Assembly: GCA_963776625.1 (NCBI GenBank) | Contig: CAVZNP010000001.1 | Location: 205,922-269,921, forward strand | Length of the DNA stretch: 64,000 nucleotides | Direction of reading: 5' to 3' | Origin: an uncultured Chloroflexia bacterium | GTDB taxonomy: Bacteria > Chloroflexota > UBA6077 > CF-72 | In this document: piece after piece, positions 1 to 9,835 of the stretch | How the letters are laid out: each line of letters starts with the position of its first letter | How positions within the stretch are numbered: the first letter of the stretch is position 1 | The notes under the pieces: generated by a model | Databases searched by the model: none | What the model saw: only the letters and a program-made list of their open reading frames with translations | What the model was told of the DNA's origin: nothing | Position numbers and translations under genes: made by a program

Positions 1-244
1 GCTCGGTATGCGGCGCGTGCTCGTAGAAGGAGGCGGGACGCTCAACTTCGAGCTGCTGCGCCTGGGGCTGGTCGACGAGCTCCAGGTCTACGTCGCGCCG
101 CTGGTTTTCGGCGGGGCAAACGCGCCGACACTGGCCGACGGCGAGGGCCTCTCGCGTGACCTGGCCATCGGGCTGGCGAAACCGAGCGTGGACGCGTGGC
201 AGGACGGCGGAGTGCTGCTCCGGTATATGGTTGAGCAGTCGTGA
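1..244 (+). CDS. RibD C-terminal/dihydrofolate-reductase-like reductase domain protein. The 5' part lies upstream of the window.
   Basis: C-terminal 78 aa '[33 protein letters not shown]' matches the RibD_C/DHFR-like fold. The ORF is open to the window edge. Confidence 0.6.
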   Translation, partial: LGMRRVLVEGGGTLNFELLRLGLVDELQVYVAPLVFGGANAPTLADGEGLSRDLAIGLAKPSVDAWQDGGVLLRYMVEQS

Positions 245-726
245 GTGAACATACTGTCCGACTGACGATCAACGGCGCGCCGCGTCAGGTCACGGTACCC
301 GCCAATCGCCTGCTCGTCCACCTGCTGCGGGACGACCTCGGGCTGACGGGGACCAAAGAGGGCTGCAGCGTTGGCGTGTGCGGCGCCTGCTCGGTGCTGG
401 TTGACGGCGTGCTCGTGTCGGCGTGCCTGCTGCCGGCCATCCTGGCGGACGGGGCGTCGATCACGACGGTCGAGGGCCTGGCGCCCGATGACGAGCATCT
501 GAGCCCGCTGCAGGACGCGTTCATTCGCCACGGCGGCTTTCAGTGCGGCATCTGCACGCCGGGCCAGCTGATTGCCGCTACCGCCCTGCTCGAGGAGACG
601 CCGCGGCCGTCGGTGGAGCAGGTGAAGGCGTGGATGATGGGCAACCTGTGTCGCTGCACAGGCTACTACCAGATCGTCGAGAGCATTCTGGCGGCCGCCG
701 AGGCGACCGCGGGCGTCACCGCCTGA
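241..726 (+). CDS. (2Fe-2S)-binding small subunit of a molybdo-hydroxylase (CoxS/CutS/xanthine dehydrogenase family)
   Basis: Motifs '[12 protein letters not shown]' and '[12 protein letters not shown]...CRCTGY'. Its GTG start overlaps the upstream stop (GTGA). Confidence 0.85.
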   Translation: MSEHTVRLTINGAPRQVTVPANRLLVHLLRDDLGLTGTKEGCSVGVCGACSVLVDGVLVSACLLPAILADGASITTVEGLAPDDEHLSPLQDAFIRHGGFQCGICTPGQLIAATALLEETPRPSVEQVKAWMMGNLCRCTGYYQIVESILAAAEATAGVTA

Positions 727-767
727 ACGTCGTCCGCCTGAACGTCGTCCGCCTGAACGTCGTCCGC
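723..767. repeat. 15-bp tandem repeat (ctgaacgtcgtccgc) x3 directly after the coxS-like stop
   Basis: Three perfect direct copies are visible in the sequence. Confidence 0.9.
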
Positions 768-923
768 GCCCCAGATCGAAGACGCGTCTCCGCCCGAAAA
801 CAGCGCGGCCTCCTCCTCCCTGGCGGTGGCATCAGCGCTTCTGCCCCTCCTGGAGGGTTCGTGCTGACACGTCCCGCGGTGCGAGGCCAGGGCCTGGTCT
901 GCGCGGCGTAGGGACGCCCGCCG

Positions 924-2783
924 GTGTCCGAACTCTGGCTCCAGCTCCTCAACGGGCTGTTCGTCGGCCTCTCCCTCGCGCTGGTCGCCTCCGGCCTGGC
1001 ACTCGTCTTCGGCGTGCTGCGCATCGTCAACTTCGCCCAGGGCGAGCTCGTCATGCTCGGCGCCTATGTCGTCGTGCTCGCCGACCAGCTCACGCATTCG
1101 TTCATCGTCGGCGTCGTCGGCGCGGTCCTGCTCGTCGGTCTTGGCGGCGGCGGGCTGCTGTTCCTCCTGCTCAAGCCCCTCCAGGGCCGCTCAGCCGTGC
1201 TGCCCATGCTGGCCACCCTTGGCCTGAGTCTCATCCTGCAGCAACTTGCCCTCAGCCTGTTCGGCGGATTCAGCCGCACGCTTGACCAGCCAATCCACCT
1301 GCTGGTGCCCGTCCAGCGCGGCGTCGAGTACCCCGCTTATGACCTGGTCATCGCCGTCGTCGGTGCGGCGGCCCTCGTCGGAGGCTCCGTGTTTCTGAAG
1401 TCCACCCGGTTCGGCATCTGGCTGCGAGCGGTCGCCGACAACTCGCGCATGGCCGCGGCGCTTGGCGTACCGCTGCCGCGCGTCTACCTGGTCGCGTTCG
1501 TCACCAGTGCCGGCCTGTCAGGGCTGGCGGGGGCGATGCTCGCCCCGGTGACAGCCGTGTACCCCACGCTCGGGCAGGACGTGGCCGTCAACGCCTTCAT
1601 CGTGGTCGTGGCCGGCGGCATGGGTAATTTCCGAGGCGCGGCCCTGATCGCGATCCTGCTGGGCGAAGTCCAGGCGGTCGGCTCGATCTGGTTTCGACCG
1701 TCAGTGGTGCAGATCGTCGCAATCGGACTGGTGATCGTCGTGCTGGCGATCCGCGCGCGGCGTCGACCGGCGTATGCGCCGGATCCGGTCGTCGCCGGGT
1801 CAGCGCATGCGCCGCCGTCGTGGCTGTCGGTTGGCCTGGTGAGCGCGCTGACTCTGGCGGGCATCGCCGCCGCCTTCCTGAGCGCGCGCGGGGTTCAACA
1901 GGCGACTGGCCTCCTGGTGTACGCCCTGATCGCGTGCGCGGTAGCGCTGCTTCTGCGCTTCGGCGGCGTCATCAACCTCGGGATGGGCGCGGTGTTCGGT
2001 GCCAGCGCTTACGCGGTCGCTGGCCTGTCGCAGGTGGGGTTTGCCGCTCCGTGGATGGTGTTTGCCGCGGGGTTGCTCGCCGGCCTGGCCGTCGCCGTGC
2101 TGTTTGGCGTGTATGCCAGCGTGGCCTCAGGGATCGAGTACATGATGCTCACGTTCCTGACGACTGCCGCGGCGTCACGCCTGCCGAACGTGATCCCGGT
2201 GTTGGCCGGTGGCGCCAACGGTCTGGCGGTGCGCAACGTGGCGGTCGCCGCGTTCGGCTTCGATCCGCTCTTCGGCCCTGGCTTCTACTTGCTGGCCCTG
2301 GCGTTGTCGGCCGTGTGCCTGGGCGGGTGCTGGCTGGCGCTGGCTACCCAGGCCGGGCGCGCCGCTCGGGCGGCAGGGCGCAATCCGCTGCGCCTTGCGA
2401 GTTTGGGCTATGGCCTGGGCAGCTTGCGGCTGCTGGTGGCGTTGGCCGCCGGTGTGCTCGCCGGCCTGGCGGGCTGGATCTACAGCCTGCAGTCGCGCAT
2501 CGTGGGCCAGGACGTCCTGGCGCTGGACGTCTCGCTCAACGGGCTCATGTACGCGCTGGTGGGTGGCGTGCAGCAGCCACTCCTGGGGTCGCTCCTGGGC
2601 ACGTCAATCGTCAGGCTGCTGGGCACGGTGATGCCGCGCGGCGGGCCGCCGCCGAGTCTCGCGGCCGGCGTTGGGCTGCTGCTGGTGGTGTACGTGTTGC
2701 CGAACGGCCTGCTGGGCCTGGGTGCCTTCGCCTCGCACCGACCCAGGGTTTCGGCTCGTGAGGCCCCGAAGCTGGAGACATAA
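924..2783 (+). CDS. Fused branched-chain amino-acid ABC transporter permease (LivH-like N-half plus LivM-like C-half)
   Basis: N-terminus 'LLNGLFVGLSLALVASGLALVFGVLRIVNFAQGE' is typical of LivH. The second half, 'GVINLGMGAVFGASAYAVAGL', is typical of LivM. One 619-aa ORF with no internal stop. Confidence 0.75.
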   Translation: MSELWLQLLNGLFVGLSLALVASGLALVFGVLRIVNFAQGELVMLGAYVVVLADQLTHSFIVGVVGAVLLVGLGGGGLLFLLLKPLQGRSAVLPMLATLGLSLILQQLALSLFGGFSRTLDQPIHLLVPVQRGVEYPAYDLVIAVVGAAALVGGSVFLKSTRFGIWLRAVADNSRMAAALGVPLPRVYLVAFVTSAGLSGLAGAMLAPVTAVYPTLGQDVAVNAFIVVVAGGMGNFRGAALIAILLGEVQAVGSIWFRPSVVQIVAIGLVIVVLAIRARRRPAYAPDPVVAGSAHAPPSWLSVGLVSALTLAGIAAAFLSARGVQQATGLLVYALIACAVALLLRFGGVINLGMGAVFGASAYAVAGLSQVGFAAPWMVFAAGLLAGLAVAVLFGVYASVASGIEYMMLTFLTTAAASRLPNVIPVLAGGANGLAVRNVAVAAFGFDPLFGPGFYLLALALSAVCLGGCWLALATQAGRAARAAGRNPLRLASLGYGLGSLRLLVALAAGVLAGLAGWIYSLQSRIVGQDVLALDVSLNGLMYALVGGVQQPLLGSLLGTSIVRLLGTVMPRGGPPPSLAAGVGLLLVVYVLPNGLLGLGAFASHRPRVSAREAPKLET

Positions 2784-2887
2784 GGCACAGCCGCGCTGCA
2801 CAGCGTGTTGAGCGGGTCGACCTGGTGAACCAGGGCGACGCCCGGTGTCGCACACTCTAGAACCACCACGCCGGAGGGTCTCAGCGC

Positions 2888-3724
2888 ATGCCTCGCCCGA
2901 ACTTCACTGAAGACACCGCGACGGACATCGTCCTCAGCCGCATGGGCGCGGACGTCAACCCGCGCCTGCGTCAGGTCATGACCTCGATCATCAGTCACGT
3001 CCACGCCATCGTCCGGGAAGTCGAGCCCACCCCGGACGAGTGGTTGCAGGCGATCACCTTTCTGACCCGCACCGGCCAGCTCTCCGACGACGTGCGCCAG
3101 GAGTTCATTCTGCTGTCCGACACTCTGGGCGTCTCGATGCTGGTCGACGCCATCAACAATCGCAGAGGGCAGGGCGGCACCGAGTCGACCGTCCTCGGAC
3201 CGTTCTATGCGCCTGGGTCGCCCGAGCTGCCGCTGGGCGCCAACATTGCGCGCGAGCCGGGCGGTCAGGCGTGCTTTCTCTCGGGTCGGGTGCTCGACCC
3301 CGATGGGGCGCCGATTGTCGACGCGCGTCTGGACGTCTGGCACTCGAACAGCGAGGGCTTCTACAACGTGCAGCAGCTTGAGACGCAGCCGGCGGGCAAC
3401 CTGCGGGGTGTGTTCCACACCGACGCCGAAGGGCGCTGGTGGTTCCAGTCGATCATGCCCTCCAGCTATCCGGTGCCCGAGGATGGCACCGTGGGGAACC
3501 TGCTCAGGGCAATGGGGCGCCACGCGTGGCGCCCGGCGCATGTGCACTTCATCATCAGCGCGCCAGGCTTTCAGACGCTGACGACGCATCTGTTTGTGAA
3601 CGGCGACACGTATCTGGACTCGGACGCGGTCTTCGGCGTGAAGGAGTCGCTGATCGTGGACTTCGTACAGCACGAGGGGTTCTATACAGCGGAGTACGAC
3701 TTCGTGCTGGAGCCAGTCAGATAA
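2888..3724 (+). CDS. Intradiol ring-cleavage dioxygenase (hydroxyquinol/catechol 1,2-dioxygenase family)
   Basis: Matches the catechol-dioxygenase N-terminal region and the intradiol core ('HVHFIISAPGFQTLTTHLF', 'GFYNVQQ'). Length is ~278 aa. Confidence 0.8.
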   Translation: MPRPNFTEDTATDIVLSRMGADVNPRLRQVMTSIISHVHAIVREVEPTPDEWLQAITFLTRTGQLSDDVRQEFILLSDTLGVSMLVDAINNRRGQGGTESTVLGPFYAPGSPELPLGANIAREPGGQACFLSGRVLDPDGAPIVDARLDVWHSNSEGFYNVQQLETQPAGNLRGVFHTDAEGRWWFQSIMPSSYPVPEDGTVGNLLRAMGRHAWRPAHVHFIISAPGFQTLTTHLFVNGDTYLDSDAVFGVKESLIVDFVQHEGFYTAEYDFVLEPVR

Positions 3725-3734
3725 CGAGGCGTCG

Positions 3735-3790
3735 TTGTTAGAAGTCGAAAACTCGTTGCGCGCTTTTCGACGTCCAAAAACTCAGTTAAC
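3735..3790. repeat. REP-like palindromic element that also serves as a bidirectional terminator between convergent genes
   Basis: Inverted repeats 'aagtcgaaaa/ttttcgac' and 'ctcgtt/aacgag'. The motif 'ttcgacgtcc.aaaaactc' recurs at 15815-15842. Confidence 0.55.
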
Positions 3791-5085
3791 GAGCCTCTCC
3801 GCGAGCGAGAGCAACCCTGCATCTGAAAACGCTTGTCCGATCAGCGAGACGCCGAACGGCAGGCCGTCGGCATGCATGCCGGCCGGCAGCGCCACCGCCG
3901 CCAGGTCCAGCAGGTTCGCGAACGTCGTGTAATACCCGAGCGCCGCGTTCACGCCCAGCGGGTCACGTGCGACCTCAGCGTGCGTCGGGTGCCTCGGCAC
4001 CGTCGGCACGAGCAGCACGTCAATCGCCTCGAACGTGGTCGCGGTCTGCCGCCGCAACGCCTGGAGCCGGTGCTGAGCGCGGAACAGGTCAGCCGCCGAG
4101 TACGCCGCGCCGCCCAGAATGATTTCGCATACCACCGGATTGACCTCGGCAACGTTCAGTTGCAAAAAGTCGCCGAGGTCGGCAAAGCGTTCGGCAACCC
4201 ACGGACCGTAGAGCAGGGCGCCAGCTTGCAGGAACGGCGCAAAGTCGATCCCCACGCACGTGCCGCCGAGACGCGTGAGCCGCTTGACCATGGCCAGAAA
4301 CAGCGTGTCCTCGACGCACGGGTGGTCTCCAGATGGAACGCCAAAGCGAAACCCGCGCTGCGCGAGGACGTTCTGGAGCCCCGACGGCGCACGACTCGTG
4401 TCGAGCGGCGCCCGGCGCGAGAATGGCTCGTCGACGTCGAACCCCTGGGCAACGTCCCACACCTCGCGCGCCGCCGACGGTGTTCGCGTGAAAATCGACA
4501 CGCAGTCGGCGCTCCGGCACGCGGGCACCATCCCGCGGGTGCTCAGCAGACCGCATGTGGGCTTCAGTCCGACGACGCCGTTGAACGCCGCCGGCACGCG
4601 GCCCGAGCCAGCCGTATCGGTGCCGAGCGCGAAGTCCACCAGGCCTGCCGCGACCGCGACGGCTGACCCGGAGCTCGAACCGCCCGAGACGTGCTCCGCG
4701 TCGAAGACGCTCGAGCAGGCACCATACGGTGAGCGTGTGCCGACCAGGCCCGTCGCGAACTGGTCCAGGTTGGTCTTGCCCATCACGATGGCGCCCGCCG
4801 CCTCGAGTCGGGCCACCACGGGCGCGCTGCTGGCGGGCGTATAGGCGTAGGCGGGGCAGGCCACCGTCGTCGGCAGGCCGGCCACGTCGATGTTGTCCTT
4901 GACGCCGAACATCTGACCTTTCAGGGGCAGCGGTCGGGCGTGCTCGAGTCGTCGTGCGCGTTCGAGCACCACGTCGAAGGGTGCGAGCGTGATCCAGACC
5001 GAAGGCGGAGACTCCGTCTGGATGCGGCGGTACGCCGCCGCGACATGGTCCGTCAGCGTCAGGGCGTCGCCACCTCCGGGGCCAT
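3782..5085 (-). CDS. Amidase-signature enzyme, allophanate-hydrolase-like amidase domain. The start is uncertain and there is a probable frameshift near 5060.
   Basis: 'GKTNLDQFATGLVGTRSPYG', 'GGSSSGSAVAVAAG' and 'GTDTAGSGRVPAAFNGVVGLKPT' are diagnostic of the AtzF-type amidase. There is no canonical start in frame. An ATG at 5085 sits in the adjacent frame. Confidence 0.8.
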
Positions 5086-5439
5086 CTCGGCGGTTCCGGG
5101 GATCTGTGGAGGTTCGATCGCGCCGACCGTTGACGGGCGGAAGGCGAGGAAACCCAGTAAGCCGGCCATCAGCAGATAGCCGACGACGATGTCGGGCCCG
5201 GGCGCATTGTGCGGCGTGAACAACCTTCGGCCCCCAGCGTTGGTCGGTCCAACCAGTCCACACGGGAGATGTCTCTGCCGAACCCCGCGGCGCGCTGCCC
5301 AGGCAGTGCATGCCGTTCACGACGATCTACCACAATGTGCGGCGCGAATGCATGTTGCTTACGATCCCTGGCACGTCGTTCTATTACACGGGGTTCGAGA
5401 GGTGAACATGGTCGAAGACGCGATCGGCGACGTGCTCCA

Positions 5440-7096
5440 GTGACGGGGGCGACGCGTCGTACCGTGCTGCGGATGGTCGGCTCGGCCGTGGGTCTGAGCG
5501 TGTTGGCCGCGTGCGGCCCAGCCGGGACCTCCTCGCCGCCGGCGACGACCGCGCCGGCGGCCGCCGCGGCGCCGCCGGTTGCCACCTCCGCGTCGAACGC
5601 TGCGCCAAACGCGTCAGCCACGACCGTGCCGACCGTGCCGACCGTCGGACCGACCCCTGCTATCAAGAACGGCGGGACGCTGCGCTCGGCCATCCCCGCC
5701 GATATCGCCAGCCTCGATCCGCACCTGTACGCCGCGGGCGCCGCGCAGACCGTCTGGCTGGTCAACGAACGGCTGACCGCCTACGACCTGCAGTTGCATC
5801 CGCAGCCCTGGCTGGCCGAAAGCTGGGACCTGGCGCCCGACTATTCGCAGATCACCTTCCATCTGCGGCAAGGCGTCATGTTTCACACCGGTCGGGAGTT
5901 GACCAGCGACGACATCAAATACAACTTCACCCGACTCAAGGATCCAAAGGTTGGCGCTGGCATCTTCGTCAGCCAGGCCAACTGGTTCACGTCGATCGAC
6001 ACCCCTGACAGGTACACGGCCGTCTTGAAGTCCGACCAACCGCGGCCGCTCATGTTCGATTTCTTCGAGCGCGTCTACATCGGCGACCAGGCGACCCTGG
6101 AGAACACCAGCAACAAGAGCCAGGCCGTTGGGACCGGTCCGTTCACGTTGACCGAATGGGTGCCCGGCGACCATCTCAGCTTCGCCCGCAACCCGAACTA
6201 CTGGCAGGCTGGCCTGCCGCACCTCGACGGCGTGCACGTAAGCGTCGTGCGCGATCCGCAGTCGCTCGTGTCGCAATTCGAGGCAGGCGCACTCGACGTG
6301 GTGCCGACTGGGCTGTCTCTGCGCGACTTCGCGCGGGTGCGCCAGGAGCCCGGCGTACCAGGAGTTCGCCAATGCCGTAAGTACCGGCTACGCCATCATC
6401 GGCATGAACACCACCATGGCACCCTTCACCGATAAGCGCGTGCGCCAGGCGGTGAACCTGGCGCTGGACCGTCAGCGCTTCGTCGACACGCAGTTGCTGG
6501 GGCTGGCCAAACCCATGTACCTGCCGTGGCAGCCGAGTTCGCCTGCCTACGATCCGTCGATCACGGTGGCGTTCGACCTCGACCAGGCCCGCTCGTTGTT
6601 GAACGCCGCCGGTGTCGACAACCTGGAATGCGACATCGTGCTGGCGCCAGGCGTGGATGGTCCGGTGCTGGCCCAGATGTACCAGGCTGACCTGGCCCAG
6701 ATCGGCGTCAAGGCCAACATCCAGACGCTCGATCTGGCCGCCTGGCTGGATGCCGTCAACAATCAGAAATACAACGGCCTCTACTGGATCCCGTCGGCGA
6801 GCGCGGCGTCGCCCGGCTCCGAGCTCAGCACCAGTCGCGGCTGGGATCCGAAAGGCAACAACTCCGGCTACACCAATGACGACTATTCGCGGCTGGTGAC
6901 TGCCCTGGTGAGTGAGACGGACCAGTCAAAGCTGAAGCAGCTGTACGCACAGGCGAACGCCTTTCTGATCGACGACCCGTTCGCGTTTCCGGTCGCGCCG
7001 ACGGTCCCGGTCGGCCTGGCGCGCTCCAACGTGCAGGGCACGGCGATCCGTTTCCTGTCGGGCTGGTCGTACGTGGACGCGGGCCTGAGTAGTTAG
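5440..7096 (+). CDS. ABC transporter substrate-binding lipoprotein, family 5 (peptide/nickel type), with Tat signal and lipobox. Apparent frameshift near 6345-6362.
   Basis: 'TRRTVLRMVGSAVGLSVLAAC' gives a Tat signal plus lipobox. SBP5 motifs 'YQEFANAVSTGYAIIGMNTT' continue in the +1 frame (ORFs 5209..6435 and 6404..7096). Confidence 0.75.
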
Positions 7097-7119
7097 ACCT
7101 ACGCGAAATGGCGTAGGCA
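7096..7119 (+). terminator. Stem-loop (cctacgc-gaaatg-gcgtagg) immediately after the SBP5 stop
   Basis: Perfect 7-bp stem. There is no U-tract, so it is a weak intrinsic terminator at best. Confidence 0.35.
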
Positions 7120-7162
7120 ACCTGCGCACAATGGGGGATGCCAAGCTGGCACATGCCGTGCG

Positions 7163-7597
7163 ATGGTGAGAGTTGTGCTAACCCGACGTCCACAGCAGTG
7201 GCTTGACCTGCAGCCGGGCGTGACGTGGCCGGGCGAAGTCGACGAATTCGTGCGACTGCTGGACTGTGTGGGGCGGCACTGTACGTGCCACACCGCACGT
7301 GAGTGCGGGGCACATCAGTTGCTGGGCACGCAGCGCACGCTTGACCACCTGGTCTACGCGCGTGGCGCGCGGCAGCACTTCGTCGACGCGGAATGGAGCG
7401 TCGAGGCGCCCAGCCACTCCGCAATGCCGCACCTGACGGCGCCGGCCGCCAGGACGCGTCGTCGCATGGGCGGCGGAAAAATTACGCTTGTTGCCGGCGC
7501 GTTCGCCGCGCTGGCGGCCCTGATGAGTCTGGGTGGCGCCTGGCAAGCGTCGGCGACGCCGGCGACAGCGCCGATTGGCGCCTGGACCACACGCTAG
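7163..7597 (+). CDS. Hypothetical protein. Possibly only the 3' end is real: a 43-aa signal-peptide-like ORF from the ATG at 7466.
   Basis: High GC3 across the ORF. The C-terminal 'KITLVAGAFAALAALMSLGGAWQA|SATPATAPIGAWTTR' looks like a signal peptide. No recognisable domain. Confidence 0.25.
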   Translation: MVRVVLTRRPQQWLDLQPGVTWPGEVDEFVRLLDCVGRHCTCHTARECGAHQLLGTQRTLDHLVYARGARQHFVDAEWSVEAPSHSAMPHLTAPAARTRRRMGGGKITLVAGAFAALAALMSLGGAWQASATPATAPIGAWTTR

Positions 7598-7636
7598 CCC
7601 AGCGCGCACACGGGTCGGGTGTACCGTTGGCAGCGT

Positions 7637-8473
7637 ATGCCTGCTACGGAAATTGACGGCTGCAGCATCACGTATGAGCTGCTCGGCAGTGGAGTGCCCC
7701 TCGTCCTCACGCCAGGTGGCCGCAACCCGATCGGAACAGCTCGGCGGCTGGCGGACAGGCTCGCGGAACACTTCCAGGTCCTGGTCTGGGACCGCGCCAA
7801 TATCGGCAGCTCGGATGTCAAGTTCACCGGCGCTCGCGACGTTGACCTGTGGTCCGACCAGCTTGCCCTGCTCCTGCGTCGGCTGGATCTGGCGCCGGCC
7901 TTCCTGTGCGCGCCATCGGCCGGATCGCGCGTGTCGTTGGTGACCGCGCTGCATTACCCCGAGCTGATCCGCGGTCTGTACCTGTGGCTGGTCTCGGGCG
8001 GCCCGGTCGGCCAGTCGCTGGGCCAGAACTACTACGGCCAGTATGTCGCGCTTGCGGAGCAGGGCGGCATGCAGGCGATCGTTGAGTCGCCGTACTGGAG
8101 CGAGCGGATCGTGGCCAATCCGGCCAACAAGGGCCGGCTCTTGGCGATGAATCCGGCCGAGTTCGCTGCCGTGATGCGTCGGTGGCAGGCGGGGATCCGC
8201 GTCGACGACCCGATGTTCGGTGCAACCGAAGATGATCTGCGCCGCGTTCGGGTGCGAACGGCCATTCTCGCGCCGCCTTCGAGCGACACGGGGCACCCGC
8301 GCGGGCCGTCGGAGCACATTGCGCAGCTGATCCCTGGGGCGGAGTTGCTGTACTCGGCGAAGTTCGAGGAAGAGTGGCCGCCACTGCAGCAACAGGCGCT
8401 GGCAAACTACGAGCAGCCCGAAAGCCTGCCCGAGCTGATCACGGAGTGGGTCTCGCGCGCCGCCGCGGCCTGA
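7637..8473 (+). CDS. Alpha/beta-hydrolase fold protein
   Basis: 'VLVWDRANIGSSD', the nucleophile-elbow-like 'CAPSAGS' and overall alpha/beta-hydrolase layout. Start trimmed to 'MPATEIDG'. Confidence 0.65.
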   Translation: MPATEIDGCSITYELLGSGVPLVLTPGGRNPIGTARRLADRLAEHFQVLVWDRANIGSSDVKFTGARDVDLWSDQLALLLRRLDLAPAFLCAPSAGSRVSLVTALHYPELIRGLYLWLVSGGPVGQSLGQNYYGQYVALAEQGGMQAIVESPYWSERIVANPANKGRLLAMNPAEFAAVMRRWQAGIRVDDPMFGATEDDLRRVRVRTAILAPPSSDTGHPRGPSEHIAQLIPGAELLYSAKFEEEWPPLQQQALANYEQPESLPELITEWVSRAAAA

Positions 8474-8513
8474 CTTACAGACCGTGCGCTGGGCTACGAT
8501 CGGTGGGACGCCC

Positions 8514-9605
8514 ATGCAAGCTGCCGTCTTCCGCAAACCGCACGAACCGGTGACCCTCGAATCCGTTGACATCGACACGCCTGGCCGACGCGAAGTCCTG
8601 GTGCGCACCGCCGCAAGCGGTGTCTGCCACAGCGACCTGCACCTGGTCGACGGGAACGCTCGGTTCCCGATTGGTGAGCCCTACGTCCTGGGACATGAGG
8701 GGGCAGGCGTGGTGGAGGCAGTTGGCGAGGACGTCACGTACGTCAAGCCCGGCGACCACGTGGTGGCGTGTTTGTCCGGGTTCTGCGGGACGTGTGAACA
8801 GTGTCTGGCCGGCCACCCCAACCTGTGCACCGGCGCGATCACCGGACGCCCGGCATCCGCCGCTCCGCGGCTGTCCCAGGCGGGACGGCCGGTCATCCAG
8901 GGCTTCGGCATCGCCAGCTATGCCGAATGGATGCTGCTGCACGAGAACTCGCTGGTGCGTATTGACCCGGAGATTCCGCTCGACCGCGCGGCGCTGGTCG
9001 GCTGTGGCGTGTTGACCGGCGTGGGCGCGGCTTTGCGCACTGCCGGCGTACGCCCGGGCCAGACGGTGGCGGTCTTCGGTTGCGGCGGCGTGGGCCTGTC
9101 CATCATCCAGGGCGCGCGCATTGCCAATGCACGGCAGATCATCGGTGTCGACCGATTCGACTCGAAACTCGAGATGGCCCGCTCGCTGGGGGCGACGCAC
9201 ACGGTGAACTCGGCGTCGGATGACCCGGTGCAGGCGATTCGCGCGCTGACGGGCTCGGCCGGAGTTGACCACGCGTTCGAAGCCGTGGGCGTGCCCGCGC
9301 TGGTGCGTCAGGCGATCGAATCGCTGGCGATTCGCGGTACCGCGACGATCGTGGGCGTGCTGCCGCCGGATGCCACGATCGAGTTCCCGTGGATGGCGAT
9401 CAGACCGGAGTGCCGCGTGCAGACGTCACGCATGGGCTCGAATCAGTTCCGCTCGGACATTCCGAACTATCTGGAGCTGTACCGCCAGGGGCGGCTGCAT
9501 CTGGACGAGATGGTGACGCGCCGAAGACCGCTGGGGGACATCAACGATGCGTTCAGGGCAATGACCGCCGGGGAAGTCGCCCGCACGGTGCTCACGTTCG
9601 ACTGA
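8514..9605 (+). CDS. Zn-dependent alcohol dehydrogenase (MDR family)
   Basis: 'GVCHSDLH', 'GHEGAGVVEAVG' and 'CGTCEQC' zinc motifs, plus the Rossmann 'VFGCGGVGLS'. Confidence 0.9.
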   Translation: MQAAVFRKPHEPVTLESVDIDTPGRREVLVRTAASGVCHSDLHLVDGNARFPIGEPYVLGHEGAGVVEAVGEDVTYVKPGDHVVACLSGFCGTCEQCLAGHPNLCTGAITGRPASAAPRLSQAGRPVIQGFGIASYAEWMLLHENSLVRIDPEIPLDRAALVGCGVLTGVGAALRTAGVRPGQTVAVFGCGGVGLSIIQGARIANARQIIGVDRFDSKLEMARSLGATHTVNSASDDPVQAIRALTGSAGVDHAFEAVGVPALVRQAIESLAIRGTATIVGVLPPDATIEFPWMAIRPECRVQTSRMGSNQFRSDIPNYLELYRQGRLHLDEMVTRRRPLGDINDAFRAMTAGEVARTVLTFD

Positions 9606-9835
9606 GCTCCCGCTGAGGCGGATCTTGTCATCCACGTTTTTCACCGTGGGGTGAGTCTGGGGACCAGGCCCGTGACCGCGCGCGAATCTGAGGGGGCGGG
9701 ATGAAAACCCGTGGTTAGACGCGTTTGACAAGACCCGCCGTAGGAGGCGCCAACGGAGATTGTCGGCTGGCGTGCGCGGCTGGCGGGCCCTGTGATCCGC
9801 GTTCGCGACCGGCGGGGCGGACCGCGTCAACCGGC

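Noticed and set aside
1820-2761. 313-aa plus-strand Arg/Gly-rich ORF in an alternative frame inside the LivH/LivM gene
   Set aside because: It is an overlapping alternative frame of a well-supported permease gene, with low-complexity sequence and no domain.
7178-8608. 476-aa minus-strand ORF, Arg-rich, antisense to the alpha/beta-hydrolase gene
   Set aside because: Low-complexity Arg/Pro-rich translation with no domain. This is typical of spurious antisense ORFs in 70% GC DNA, and the opposite strand encodes a recognisable hydrolase.
9606-9835. Partial inverted repeats ('ccacgtttttcaccgtgg', 'cttgtca...tgacaag') in the ADH/SBP convergent intergenic region, considered as a riboswitch or sRNA
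   Set aside because: Stems are short and imperfect, with no recognisable riboswitch consensus. Probably just terminator-like secondary structure.
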